Shown here: one piece after another, positions 13,550 through 26,810 of the stretch | Position numbering within the stretch: the first letter of the stretch is position 1 | How the letters are laid out: each line of letters opens with the position of its first letter | Assembly (NCBI GenBank): GCA_023231475.1 | Contig: JALJEE010002831.1 | Location: 1 to 42,157, forward strand | Origin: Seison nebaliae | Taxonomy: Eukaryota | Length of the DNA: 42,157 nucleotides | Direction of reading: 5' to 3' | Position numbers and translations under genes: made by a program | The notes under the pieces: generated by a model | Databases searched by the model: none | Seen by the model: the letters and a program-made list of their open reading frames with translations, nothing else | Told to the model about the DNA's origin: nothing

Positions 13550-14099
13550 GCTTAACAGCATTTAAATTAGGTTTAGGTAGTAGATATCAGAATAGTGTCG
13601 ATCATACGATATTTGTATACAAATGTATAATCTTCAAACTTATATTGAGGTATTAGGAAAGAGTAATTTCATTATTAATAACGCTTCTAAAAAATTATCG
13701 TTTCTTCTCTTTACTACGTGGAGATTTGATTCACCGTTAACAAATATGTATGTAAAAAATTATTTAAAATCCTTGATAACCAAAAGAAATGACCAGAATA
13801 GTATCTGCATCAATACAATAGTTTATCATCGAAAAAATGATTAGCATAATGATTATTAAAATATTGGTACCAACGAACCACGCGCGGCTGTTAGAAACAG
13901 ATACCTTCTACTGTCGAACTCTATGAAAGTTGTACGATCAGTCTTATCAATATGATAGTCAATTATCAGTCTTACATCAGATAGGAAAAGTTATGATTAT
14001 AATTTTTTCGATTTGTTTGAAGTACATTAAATTGCGCTAAATATTTAAAGAACTTTCTTTCTGTTTACGCATAATAATCATTCAAATATTTCTGTTTTA

Positions 14100-14113
14100 G
14101 TTATCTTGGTAAC
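14100..14113. promoter_or_regulatory. X-box (RFX-binding) motif
   Basis: GTTATCTTGGTAAC fits the 14-bp consensus RTHNYY-WT-RRNRAC and ends 26 nt upstream of ATG 14140. Confidence 0.55.
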
Positions 14114-14139
14114 AGATATGAATTGAGTGATAAACAATT

Positions 14140-14834
14140 ATGAATAATCCTTTGGTTGGAGAAAATTCTTGCGAGACGTTTGAAGATGTAGGTGAAGTGG
14201 CTTGGCGTGAAACTTATCAGGTATGGTTTATTGCAGAATACGTTCAACATATCAAACATTTATAGTTCGTTAAGCCTCATTCAAAATATGTGGACAAGAC
14301 ATTATGTGAAAATGAAGCGATTGCTATTCCATATTCTGTTCAAACAAGTGAGCAAATCTTAGGAATACGAAAAGTTTCCCATTCTTTTCAAATTTGAATC
14401 ATTTTCTTTAATTGCAGAATGATAAATCTTTATTTATGAACACAAATGACAATGAGAGTGAAAATCTATTATCGACTAATAACAAGAGAACGGATTTTCG
14501 TAAAACTCGTAGTAAATTAACGGATTTTCAAAATCAAGTTTCTTTTTTTAAATTTATTATTTTGTTTGATATATAAATTTTTATATCATATTTTTTTATA
14601 GACTTATCATGAAGGAAACAAATCGGCAGGTTCTCCTTTTAATAACATAATGCCTTTATTCTTTTAATAACAACAACAATAAATGAAATTTATTTTATAG
14701 GTTATCGTTCGCAAAAGTATTTGGAACAGTTCGATGGAAGCATAAATTTCACTCGAAGCCGAACAACGCCAAATGAATATGTCATTGAGAAATATGCAAA
14801 GTTCGTGCCACAAACAAACATTCGTTTGATTTAA
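14140..14834 (+). CDS. Hypothetical 156-aa protein, 5 exons (14140-14220, 14266-14373, 14418-14537, 14602-14629, 14701-14834); not in ORF track
   Basis: Four GT-AG introns (45, 44, 64, 71 nt) with consistent phases give an unbroken frame MNNPLVGENSCETFEDVGEVAWRETYQ...FTRSRTTPNEYVIEKYAKFVPQTNIRLI*. Confidence 0.7.
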
Positions 14835-14993
14835 GCGAGGAAATTTCGAGTCTTTCCGAAAAACATTTCATTATGATGATGAGGAGTGATTTGAAAATGT
14901 AGATGAAATTTTCATAATTAAAATAAAATGGCGATAAAACCAATGTCAACCGGTTTCCTGCAGTCGATATTCAATTTTTTTCAAATTTTTTCT

Positions 14994-17900
14994 TTAAATA
15001 TCTACACCAAGTCGTTTTAATGCCAAAAGTGCATTCACCGCTTTCTAAGAAATAAGAGAATGAAGAAAGAATATTAGAGATTAAGAAATTGAACTTGCCA
15101 TCGACGTCTGATGACGAAGCGTCGTAAATTTTTAGTTTTTATTCTGAATTTTTCTGGAGTCTCGTCACGACAAGTTGAAAGCCAAACATGTTCGAGACAT
15201 TCGTTCGCCGTCATTCGAGCACTATAATAAAAGAAATTGAATGGAAAGAATTTGTATAATAATGAAAACTTCATATCTTTCAATAGTAGACGTTCGATGA
15301 AATTTTTCGATTCGGCTGATATGGAATCGAAACTTTCATCATCAAAATCGTAGAGAACGTTCGATACGTTTTGGAAGGTATCCATATCATTCTCTCCCAA
15401 GAATGGTGACAAACCAGATAGTCTATTAATTTGAAATCATTTTTATAATAAGAATAGATAAGATTATAATCGGTTAACAAGATATAGCAGATAACTCCAA
15501 TACTCCACATATCGGAGCCGAATCCCACTTCATCATACGCTATCACTTCGGGAGAAACGAATTCTGCTGTACCGAAACATACTCGAAGTTTCTCATTTCT
15601 TTTCAATTTTCGTGCTAATCCAAAATCAATAATTTTTATTCGATGACCAGTTGGATTGAGACACATAATATTTTCCGGCTAACAAAATGAGATTTATTAT
15701 TGAATGAAATTGTTGAACTTTCATATCCAAATGAAGAATGTTATTGGAATGCATAAATGCGACGCCTTCAGATATTTGTTTTAAATAAATTTGACAAAGT
15801 CTTTCCGTTAGTACGAAACTCTCATCGATAACTCGAGCAAATAATTCACCTCCTGTAATTCTAATAAAGTGAAAGTGTTTATTGATGAGATATTGGGAAG
15901 GGAAGAAGGAATAACAGTTCGAGAATGAGACACATCTCATTCCGTTTGACATATGCATCATAAAGTTGTAAGAGACGTGGATGTTGAAGTTCATTCATGA
16001 TCTTTATTTCATTCTCTACATTTTTCGCATCAGCTGTTGAACGTGTCGTAATAAATTTGGCAGCAAATCGTTTACTTGTCGATTGTTCAACGCAAAGTTT
16101 CACTTCTCCATATTTCCCACTAAAATAGATGGATAGAATCACAGACATTTGTCTAAGTTGAGATATAACCGGCCTAAAATCTCTTTCACATCAAAATCAT
16201 CATCAATCCATCTTTTTGGTGATAGAACGACACAACGAGGAATGAATGGTGCCAAATGATCTTAGGTATGCGAATTTTTTTTAAAAAATTTTTATAAAAT
16301 TAAAAAAAAAACAAAATTAAATTTTAAAGAATTTTCTAAAAAAAAAACAAAGATGAACCTGATTCCAAATCCTGATGGTATGGTACTGGTAAATTCATAG
16401 GTGGCGGTGTGGAAGATGGAGGAGGATCGGTCATATAATAGTCTTTATATCGTTTATCTCGTTTGAATTGTAATGGAAGATAACGTCTTGCATCAAATGT
16501 TTGTGGAACTATGTAATGATTAGAAAGACGTTTTTTCAGTCCTAGTGATGGTACATGAGAGAAATCTGCAGAATCAGTTGAGGTATCACAATTAATATTT
16601 TCAAGAGATGCTAAATAATTTTCAACACTCTTCCGACGAGTGACAAATGAACAAAGAAATTTCGCCGTCTGCTTTCTCGCAGATAAATCTTCACAATATT
16701 CTACTTCTTCTCCTTGATCAAAAGTTCCAGTGAGTTTTGGAGAAGTGGGAGATGTGCAAGGTGTGCGAGGTGTGGGAGGTGTGACACAAGTGACATCCAT
16801 AGGAAGAGACAAGGAAATATTCTCTATAACTGGAGTAATAATAGCCTTAACTAATGTGGGAGTGGTCAAAAATTGTGGTTGGTCCATTAACTCGATTTGA
16901 TCTGGACGAATTGGGAAATTGGTGGATTCTTCCAATTCATCCAACATTTCTTCGTCGTCATTAATGTCATATATCTGTTCGGCTGTGCAAATGATTTGCT
17001 TTTGAGTATCGGTTGAACTAATCTTATCAAGACCCTCACTCATCTCGTTGACGACTGGGGTGGCTTGTTCGATTGCATTCTCATACAAATTAGCCACTTC
17101 CTCCATCGCTGAGAAACTGTAGAGACTACAATCGTCATTATCCTTTTCATTTTCATCATTATTCACTTCTTTAGCAAAGTTCAAATGGCGAAGAATCTCT
17201 TCGTGTTCTACCTCGTAATTCACTATTCGGTTCTCCAATTCACCAGCGTATGATCTCTTCAATTTGTTCCTTCGTCGTTTCCCTAAACTTTTATCTCTCG
17301 CTTTCAATAATTTCGAACTGGAACTGATATCAATCATATTTCCAATGATACTATAATTCCTAATATTAACATTATTCTTCTTCATTCGACTCACATCAGT
17401 ATGGGGACGTAACGAACAAAGACTAATTCGTTCACTTTCATCGTTCGGATAATTCGAATAAAAAGAGCCCATCGTCTGTTCGGAATTAAATGAGTTTGTC
17501 GATAAAACTGAATTTGATCGAGTCCCTTCCAAATTCTCTTTATCTTCATCAATTTCCCCATTTTCCGATTGATGTGTCGTCTCTTTCGATTTGGATTCAG
17601 GAAAATTTTCATCTGAAATATTTTCCACCGTTCTATCTTGTTCATCAGATGGGGAAAATGGTCGTTCTTTAAACTTTAAAGAATTCTCATCCTCTTCCAA
17701 TTTTTCACGATACTGATTTCCGTTAACTACTCTCTTCACAACCTTCATGTTATCATCATAAAGGTTTTCATCATCGATGCCACGACATTCTTGAGCACTT
17801 AATTTTCCAACATTCGTTGATGGAATGTTCATTTTTAGATTTTCCTTATCATCTGAGTCAGCCTTCTTATCTTTTTCAATATCGTCACCATTACCATCGT

Positions 17901-19411
17901 CAGGATGATTTTTGCAATTAATGAATGAATGCGTCGACATATAATTTACGGGTTGTTCGATGTTTTGAGTCGGATTATTCGTAAATTTTCCAATGGTCAT
18001 TATACGTTGAGGGAGAACAGTAGTTTCCATTATTGGAGTTTTAAATGGTGTCTCTGACACATTCGCATTCATTTTTTCAACGATTCGACTCGTCGTCGTT
18101 GTTGTTGTCCGTTTTATCGATTTGATATTGGGAAGAAGATGAGAAGTTGTTGGTTTTGTGGGAATGTCTGAAGTGATTTTTTTCCATTTTTTTAAACTAT
18201 TCAATTTTTGATTAATCTCTAAATTCTGATCAATTTTCTGATCATTGTTCACTGGTGGAATTACTCGTTTAATTATCGTTGAAATTGCATGAGATGGAAG
18301 AGGAATTGTTTCCGAGAAATTTTCTCCAGCATCTTTTAATGGAGTTCTCCACACATTGACCTTTTTCAGTTTTAAGGGAGATGCAGGAAGAATCTCACCA
18401 ACATTCGTTTCTTCTTCGACATCGAGATCTTTCGTTGGATCTGATGAATTTTTAGGAGTTGTGGAAGAAGAAAGACGATGAAGAGAAGAAGAATTTGGTT
18501 GTATCGTCTTCTTTAAACGATTTCGCCACTGGTTAATATTAGAATGTTTGGGAGTGAGTGGTAGATTGGATTTGTTCTCAAGTTGTTTAATCTTTTGAAG
18601 GATATCCGAACGACAATGTATGTTAGTGAACTTATCAGTATTAGGAAAAGTGATGGCTGATGTCTTGGTTGGAAGACGCTTATCTATTGTAGATGGATGG
18701 GAGGGCGTTGCCTTATCATTATATTCTTTTAACGAATCATAATTATTAGGATGTTGGTAGGTATAATTGGGAGCATTGTTGAAGGAATTAAAAGAGGTGG
18801 TGCTACAATCAACCTCTGTTCGTTGAGTGAATGATGGATGTTCAACACATCTGCTACGAATGTTTGGAGAGTTGGCCAGTTCACCTTCCATATCAGGTAG
18901 ATGTTGTTCATCCCTTTTCACTCGACTCTGATAATTTGATGGATTACGAACGGGAGTGATAGTTATATGTTCCGATGGCATAACGTTCGTGCGTGTGCAC
19001 ACTACTCCTACCATTTCGACCTTGCCACTTTGCAGTCTCTTTCTTTCCGAACCGTTATTCTCCTGAAGAGCATCTTTAATAGTATCACTCAAATCGTGAT
19101 GATCGCTTCTCTTATAATTATTTTTCTTCTTCGCTTTCATTCCTTCATTATCTTTCACAATATGATCCTCCTTAATTCCATTGACGGCTTCATTTGCCAT
19201 TCGTTTATCTTCAACAAAAGTCGAAGAAGACGTCTCATGAGATGGGAGCGGACATCCCAAATCACCACCCAATACTTCACCGTCAATAGAATTGCCTTTC
19301 TTCTTTCGCAACTCATTCAAATGACGTATAGTCGACACATTCTCATTTGTACGATTAACTCCAATTCTCTTATTCTCATCAATAATTCTCTTATCTTCAT
19401 TCTTATTCTTA

Positions 19412-19491
<80 letters not shown>

Positions 19492-20573
19492 GTCATTCTT
19501 ATTACTGACGATATGTTGATGATTGTTCTCATTGCCATTTTTTATACTTATATTTTTTTTGATGTTATTATTATTATCATTTTTTTTGCTATTATTGGTT
19601 CTTATATTCTTCTTTTCGAATATGTTGCGGAAATGTTGCACATTTGATGCATTGTTAATTTTCATCGATTTCATTTCATTCGTATTCGTTATCTTTGCCT
19701 TGTGTATATCGTGTGAAGGGGAATGGTGATTTATTTTACATCCCTCCACTCCGTCTCCTCCAATCTCCTTCTCTTTCTCATCATTGTCCTTCCTCTCCAT
19801 CATCTCAAATTTCCAATAATTTTCATGATTATCTTTATTATTGTTATTGTTGTTGTTGGTGACTATTGATCGACTGGAACGAGATTCATTTATTGATTCT
19901 GGTGGTCGCTTCTCCTTAGTTATTCTATCCGACTTAACATCCTTTTCGAATCGACACATTAGTCTACCCAATTGCTTCAGAGATCGTTGACAACCGAGAG
20001 AATGTGAAGGCTGATGTAAATAAGTCATCGTTCCTTCTTTCTCTTGGACTGTCGAAGAGGATGTGGTAGTTGTGATGGTAGTGGTGGTGGGTGTCGTAGA
20101 ATTTTCGTTATTTCCACTTTTCCCATTCGATGTTGATGACTGAAACGGTTTCGTTAGAAATGTACGATACACACTCACACGTCTCACACTTTTATCTGGT
20201 TGACTATTTTTGTTAAATGAACTCTTCTCATTTTCTTCAAATTATCGTCACACAATTTCACCTTTAATTAAAAACAATTTCACTCACTTCAATTCCATTA
20301 GTAACCTGATGTCTTGAGCAGATCAATGTTCGACTTGAATTTCCTCTCCGACGTATTAACCAATGGACGTTTTGTCGTTGACAATAAACCATTCTCTTCA
20401 TCCATTTCCTTATTCCGAAAAAGAACACTCTTCTGAAATTTATGCAATAACTGATCTTTATCATTTGTTCTGCCGTCACCAATTCTCAAAGAATTATTAT
20501 GCAATTTTGCGTTTGGGGAAGAATGATCGGCTAAATCGATCTTGGTCAGTTCGTTGGCTCCTAATGTTTTCAT
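14994..20573 (-). CDS. MYLK: Myosin light chain kinase-like protein with a very long low-complexity N-terminus
   Basis: Spliced kinase domain LGRGKYGEV, FAAKFI, LQHPRLLQLYDAY, ITGGELFARVIDESFVLTE, LHLDMKPENIMC, IKIIDFGLAR, GTAEFVSPE, followed by calmodulin-binding RRRWQKAVNALLALKRL. Joined in frame to the ~3.9-kb exon; the 5' start (ATG 20573) is less certain. Confidence 0.9.
19415..19491. repeat. (AAT)n microsatellite encoding poly-Asn in the MLCK-like gene
   Basis: About 25 tandem ATT units on the + strand. Confidence 0.97.
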
Positions 20574-21472
20574 CTGAAAATAATTCAATGACTATTAAAA
20601 TTTCTCCAAGTTCAAAATGAAATTTCAATGAAAATTTTGTGGAACTTAAAAAATATTCGATTTGGTTATGAAGCAATTCATCTTTCTTTTCTCATCATCG
20701 GACACAGAACATGAACTACACAATAATATTTTGATGATGAAATGACATTTTCGTTCATTTATTTTTTTTCCAATTTAATCGACGACGTATCGATGACCCA
20801 TCGATTGATTAGAGAGAGAAGAGAAACATAAAAAAGAGGAAGTGATTTGATGAACATTTTTAACTAAACAGACAAATAAAGATTGATAATTGGATAAGCA
20901 ATGTCCATTGGGATGAAAAATATTTGACTTAAAATATTAGTTTTCTTTTTTCAAATGAAGTAATCGATAAGAATAACATGATAATTTTATCATCATATCC
21001 TTATCTTCTTATTTTGTCATAATAAGAAGAAGAAGAACTTCAACTGATATCTCATTTACTTTCATTCTCTTATTCATTAATAACAACGTAAATATTCGTT
21101 CCTACTGACTCTGAAACAGATCATTCTTCTAAATCGATTAACACGATCGTCTATTCGAATCGAACGACAACTCTTTTCTTCTGCCTATTAATCAATATTC
21201 CTCTTAACTAAAATATTATCAGATATTTATCTGGTAAATTTACATTCACAAAATGCTCTTTCAATCTCCTTTACCGTTCAATTATGAGATTCAATTAGGT
21301 GAAATGTTATTATTACAATCTTACCAATATTTGAACTCGTTATTTACGAGTCGTAAATAAAGTAATTATTTGAATTGCTCATTCTAATATCTTAAAATGA
21401 CGATGTTATTTAAAAGTAGAGAATAGTATTCGAGAATAAAAGTTCAATCACTTGAATGGAGAGAGTAAGAAC

Positions 21473-23710
21473 TGGGAAAAATAACCGGTACCGTGGTGGT
21501 GGAGGATGTTGATGTGTTTGTTGATTTGTTGGGGTATACACCTAGTTCGATTCGTATAACTCCAACGGGTACATGTTGTTGTCGGTTTGGATTTGTTCGC
21601 TCATTTGATTCATTAACAGTTATTCCTCGACATTTATCTTGTGAACGGTTCTCCACTTGAGTATAACGATTGATTGACGATTTATTTCTTTTTCGATTAT
21701 CTTTTTTAATCTCATTAAGACTCTCCAATGAATTATGATGTTCGTCATGTTTGTATATGTCGTAGAAATTAATTATTTCATCAATCATATCACATGAATT
21801 AAAATTAATATCGGAAGATAACAGTCTGCTGCTATCTAATAAATCCGATTTGGTTTTTTGTCGAATTGATCTCGTTACTGGAATTTCTCTTCCCGAATTA
21901 TCCGTCAATGATGATATTGGTATGGCTGATGATGTGAGGGTCGTGTCTTTTTTCAATTGAACACGATTTTGATCTCGTAAAACTTTTTCCGAGTCATCCA
22001 TCAAAGTGATTGACGAGTCTATTTGTGTTGATTTTTCCATGTGATAAATTTTGTTCTGCTTAAAATCTTGCAATGACCGATATCGTCTTCTATTCAAATT
22101 ATCATCATTCTTCCGTTTTTGATGATGTCTATAATTTTTCTTCGTTTTCGTCGCTTTATCTTCTTCAGTTTTTTTGTCAGGTAAGAGCGATATCTTTTCA
22201 ATGTTGGTCGTTACCGGATGGAGCTGACTCAATCGACGGAAAAATTTATTGGAAGCAAATCGTACAGTTCTTATTCTACCGCGTTTATCTCCATTCTTCC
22301 GCCTTTTAATATCCGAAACATTGTCGTCTGATTTTATCATTGACATTGATTTACGACGTCCGTCATCTTTTTCATGAGAAGTTGAAATATTGTTCGTATG
22401 TATGAAAATCTGATTCATTCTCAAAAAAGAATTATTTAAATAATTTTTCTTAAAATAATCAACAATCGAGATGTTAACTTTGATTTTTTAACGTTTCTGT
22501 TCTCGTTGCGCAATTCTGACGACTTGTTGTTGAAGTTCCCGAAGGAGACGTCTTTCAATTTTTCTTTATTTTTATTCGACTTCTCATGATGAGTGGTTGA
22601 AGTTGATGAAAATTTATTTTTCGTTTTATTTGTAATTGTTCGTGTTTTGTTTAATGGCTTCATAATTTTTGACGTCGTTCTTATGTTATTGACGATAGAA
22701 GGCACATTGGAAGAAGATGTGGCTGATGAATTAATAGAATTAATGCCAATAATTCTATTTGACGTGGTGGTGATTGTTCGGAAATCAGTCAACTTAAAGA
22801 AAACTTTTTCCATATCGGAATTTTTTTCTTTTTTATTCGATTTCATTCGACTATTCTTTTCAACATCCTCGTCGTCTTTCACCTTCTTCTTCTTCTCCTG
22901 CATTTCTTCTTTCGAATAATTGTAATTGATAAGAGGATAATCATAAGAAGAAATGAAAATATTTCGTTGTGTTTTCACATTTTCTCCTCCTTTCGAATCA
23001 TATTTCTTCTTAGTCGTTGGTGAGATAAGTAATGGAGATGATGCTGAGGATATGGTGGTGGTGGTGGTAGTTTTGGGTAAAATGGAAGACAAAGATTTGG
23101 ATGACAAATCAGGTGAAGTTTGTATGGGCAAACAGATGAGATTTTGTCGATTTTGAATTGTTGGGAGTTGATGATTAGATTGAATGATGTCGATACGGAT
23201 GGACGTTGAAGATAATCGACGTCTACGTTCTCGTTTAAAATCATCATTCACCTTCCCAACAGCATAATCATTTCCCTTCAATGTTACGGAGAATTTATTT
23301 CGATATGGCAAATGAATTTCATTAATTGTTTCATTCGTATTTTGGTGAAGAACGTCCGTCATCTCATCAATAGCCAGACGTGGATAATGAACGTCGTTCT
23401 CATTATCGTAATAATGTCGATGATGATAGTAGTGGTGATGATGATTATGATGGTGATTAATCTCTTTATGATTATGTTTGATCTTCACATCATCATTAAC
23501 ATTATTTCTCTTATTCTTTTTCTGTTCAGTAGTGGTGATAGTAGTATTAGTGTTAGTAGATATTTTATTGTTTTTCAACTCTTTAAAATTCTCCTCGAAT
23601 GGAGTGACGATCTGATTAATTGACGAGATCTCTTCTCCATATGTTTGTGATTGCTGTTGTTGTTGCTGCTGTTTAGTTACCAATCGATATGGTTTCCTCG
23701 ACTCATCCAT
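21473..23710 (-). CDS. Two long low-complexity exons, probably the distal 5' part of a long MLCK-like isoform (or a separate hypothetical gene)
   Basis: ORFs 22436-23716 and 21444-22424 can be joined by a 44-nt GTTGAT...GAG intron. A phase-1 GTTCTT donor at 21472 is compatible with the phase-1 acceptor of the 3.9-kb exon; composition matches that exon. Confidence 0.55.
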
Positions 23711-25259
23711 CTTCAATCAGCAGGGACGGAACTGGATGCGTCGTTCCCTTTCGGCTGGGAGATGACACTAAATGATGATGAAATGAATGAGAATCGATGA
23801 AAAAAGTTTCAAGATCAACTGAATTTGATTTATTCGAATATGATCAACTGGTTAAGGTTACTGTGTGTTACTAGCGATGAGAGAAAGAAATGAGGAATGA
23901 TTGAGAAAGAAATCGTTCTCATTTTATTCAAACGCATCTCCTCAATTTGTTTTATCGATTGACTGATCAAGACAACACACTCATCTGCTTCGGGATGGAG
24001 GAGTATGAGAGAAGAAATAAGTCTGCTCTAATCGCTGTATATTGGTTGATGAAATGGTGGATAGAAATCGACGTGACGCTGAGATAGATAGTGAGATAGA
24101 AAGTAAGAAAGTAACATCTCGTCAAAAAAAATTCTTTCCTTCCCCTTAGAATCAATCACTTCTCTTGTTCATATTCGATCAGAAACGAATGTCATTGTCA
24201 TTTCATGCTATCTTTCCTCACATTACTACTCGAGAGATAAATATCTATCTATCTGTCCATATAGATTAATCAATTGAATAATTTACACTGGTAAGGTCAC
24301 AAATATAAATAGAGCTTAACTTGTTATCAACCTATACCGGGAATAGATGAATTAATAAGATTACAATCAATTAACGTTTCATCAAATTCATATATTTTTC
24401 TTCCTCTTACGTAATGTAAGTAATGTAATTTGGATAAAATCAATCTTTTCACATTCCGTCATCATCTCTCATATGGTTTCGAAATCAATCAGTCAACAAA
24501 TCAATCAATTCTTTAGAAGCCACCCACCAACCAACACCAACTTGCCGATTTAATCACTTCATATTCCCTTTACATCACATTGATCATTGAAATCCTCAAA
24601 TTTTCTAATTTAAAAGTTTTCTTCTTCATTTTAATATCCAATTACATTATCCTACATCGTCTCAAAATTAAAAGTTTTATGATTTATGTAAACAGATAAC
24701 GATTCTCCATAAACTCATCTCAACACATGTGATATGTTTCCTTTACATAAATTAAGATTTTCTCCATTAATTATACTGATTAGCTGTTATCGTTGACTGG
24801 TTACATTATTCCTGTCAATAACCATCTGGTCGAGGGAAACATTTCCAATTATCAATATCGATAATAATTACTAATTCATTCTTCTTCTCAACATCTTCTT
24901 CCCAATCAATGTACTACATTGATGAACCGTCAATAATGTCTATTCTAATCTGTAGAGAACCGTCAATTTCAATATTATTATTATTTATTTCCACAATGAG
25001 TGACGGACAATTCCGCTGAGGGATAAAGTTAAGAAAAAAGATTAAAAGAAAAAAGAAAAGAAATTAAAAAGAGTTAGATGATAAGAAATGAAAGGAAAAT
25101 AATTCATGATTCGATCTTATAACGGTACACGGAGATCCGATCGAGCATATCTCTCGCATTTGAGAGATGAGAAAGGAAATTTGATGGAAGAATATTGAAT
25201 GGAGGGAAATTTATAATAAAATATTTAAAATCGGGAGAAGTTGGTGAGAACTGTAAGTT

Positions 25260-26300
25260 ATAATATGATCACGAATATGACGTAGAATCGACCTATGCGT
25301 TTCGAGCATTTCCAAGACTAACGAATCCATTGTGTGAAACGAAGGATTAGTCGAAACTCCGTCCAGAATTCTTTGAATTTTCTTTGCACAGATGATAGGA
25401 AAAGGAATCAAATTAGTAAGTGCAAACAGGGACACCTTATTACAACGGTCAAAACAACTGACGAGACGGCGAACGGCCCTAGAGAAAGATCTGTCCATCG
25501 CTAGGAACGATGGCGAAGAAACCATAAGAATAGAATTCAATTCGAATAGTGGTTGAACTAACATAGTGAATAGGTAAATCTTTGTTCGTAGAATTCGGCT
25601 AAAAGATAAGCGAATGTTATCGGGAGAGCAGGAAGAAAGTTTCCAACAGTCCAGATGGACACTAAAGAAGTGGTTAGATAGCTGTAAATTAATTGGAAGA
25701 TTAGAAATTCGGTTATCTGCCGTAAAAATTGTGACGTTCTTCGACGGGATAACAGATATACTTAATTTATCCATTACAAATCCAACAAAGTTCGATTAGA
25801 TGTGAAAAAAACTCGCGAACCGTTAACCTCAATAGAAAAATTGGAATTGATTAGATCAAGTGCAGAATCGAAAACAAGCCCAAAGAGCCACGGTCATAGA
25901 ATCGAGACTTGACGGACTCTTCGATTAGCTTGGATGAGAGTATTGAATGATGAACCCCACGACAAAGGAGAGTTGATTAGAGTATTAGATTATAGTCGTT
26001 GTCCAGACAATTATTGAGAAAACAAGAAATTCTCGGAAGAAGATTATCGATTGAAAAGTGGAATAATATGGAACAACCATTATCACAACCATGTGCTGTT
26101 AAACTCGTTAATGACATTATTTCCGACATAATATCATCATCTGAGAAAGAAAAGAGAGAGATGTGAGAAGAAATTGGAGAAAGAGAAGCAGAGAAATTAG
26201 ATGAGTATATGTAAGAAGCATAATATTCAACAAATGCATGAATAGTTGGAAAATTCAATTCATTCACAATAGAAGATCGTTTCCTCAAAAACTTCCATAA
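25260..26300 (+). mobile_element. Highly decayed coding-like DNA, possibly a retrotransposon remnant
   Basis: Purine-rich, stop-interrupted + strand frame following the repeat motif shared with 2650-2700 and 32881-32975. No diagnostic motif clearly preserved. Confidence 0.3.
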
Positions 26301-26810
26301 CGAGGAGTCCTGTAAATTCGAATGTAGGTATAACCAATTTTCGTTTAAATTATATTATATTATATATATATATATATTATCTTTTAAATTTTGCACATCC
26401 ATTTTCTTATCGAAAATAAACATCACAAATAATGATATTGGTTAAGAGAAAGAAGATTATTCAATCCGTTATTATCCAAATCTATTAATTACTATTATCA
26501 TTAACGGTGAAGAATCGTGTTACGACTTGTTTTAAAATGATGATTTTAAAATGGAAAAAAATTTTTTTGAATTTTACTCAACTTTATTTTTTATTTTGAG
26601 TTTAAAGAACAGGGAGCTTCAATATGTCACAACAAGGAACGAAAGGAGAAATGAAAGATTAAAAAAAATACTTTCAGAAAAATAAAATTGAATGGAAACA
26701 AAATCACTAATGGAATGAGGAGTTGAAAGACATTCCAGTATAAATACGATGTTGGAATAAAAGACGAGAAAATAATAAATTAGATGAGAATTGTATGAAA
26801 TGACTTCAAT

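Noticed and set aside
18967..19729. Poly-Ile ORFs antisense or off-frame to the MLCK exon
   Set aside because: Shadows of the (AAT)n poly-Asn microsatellite.
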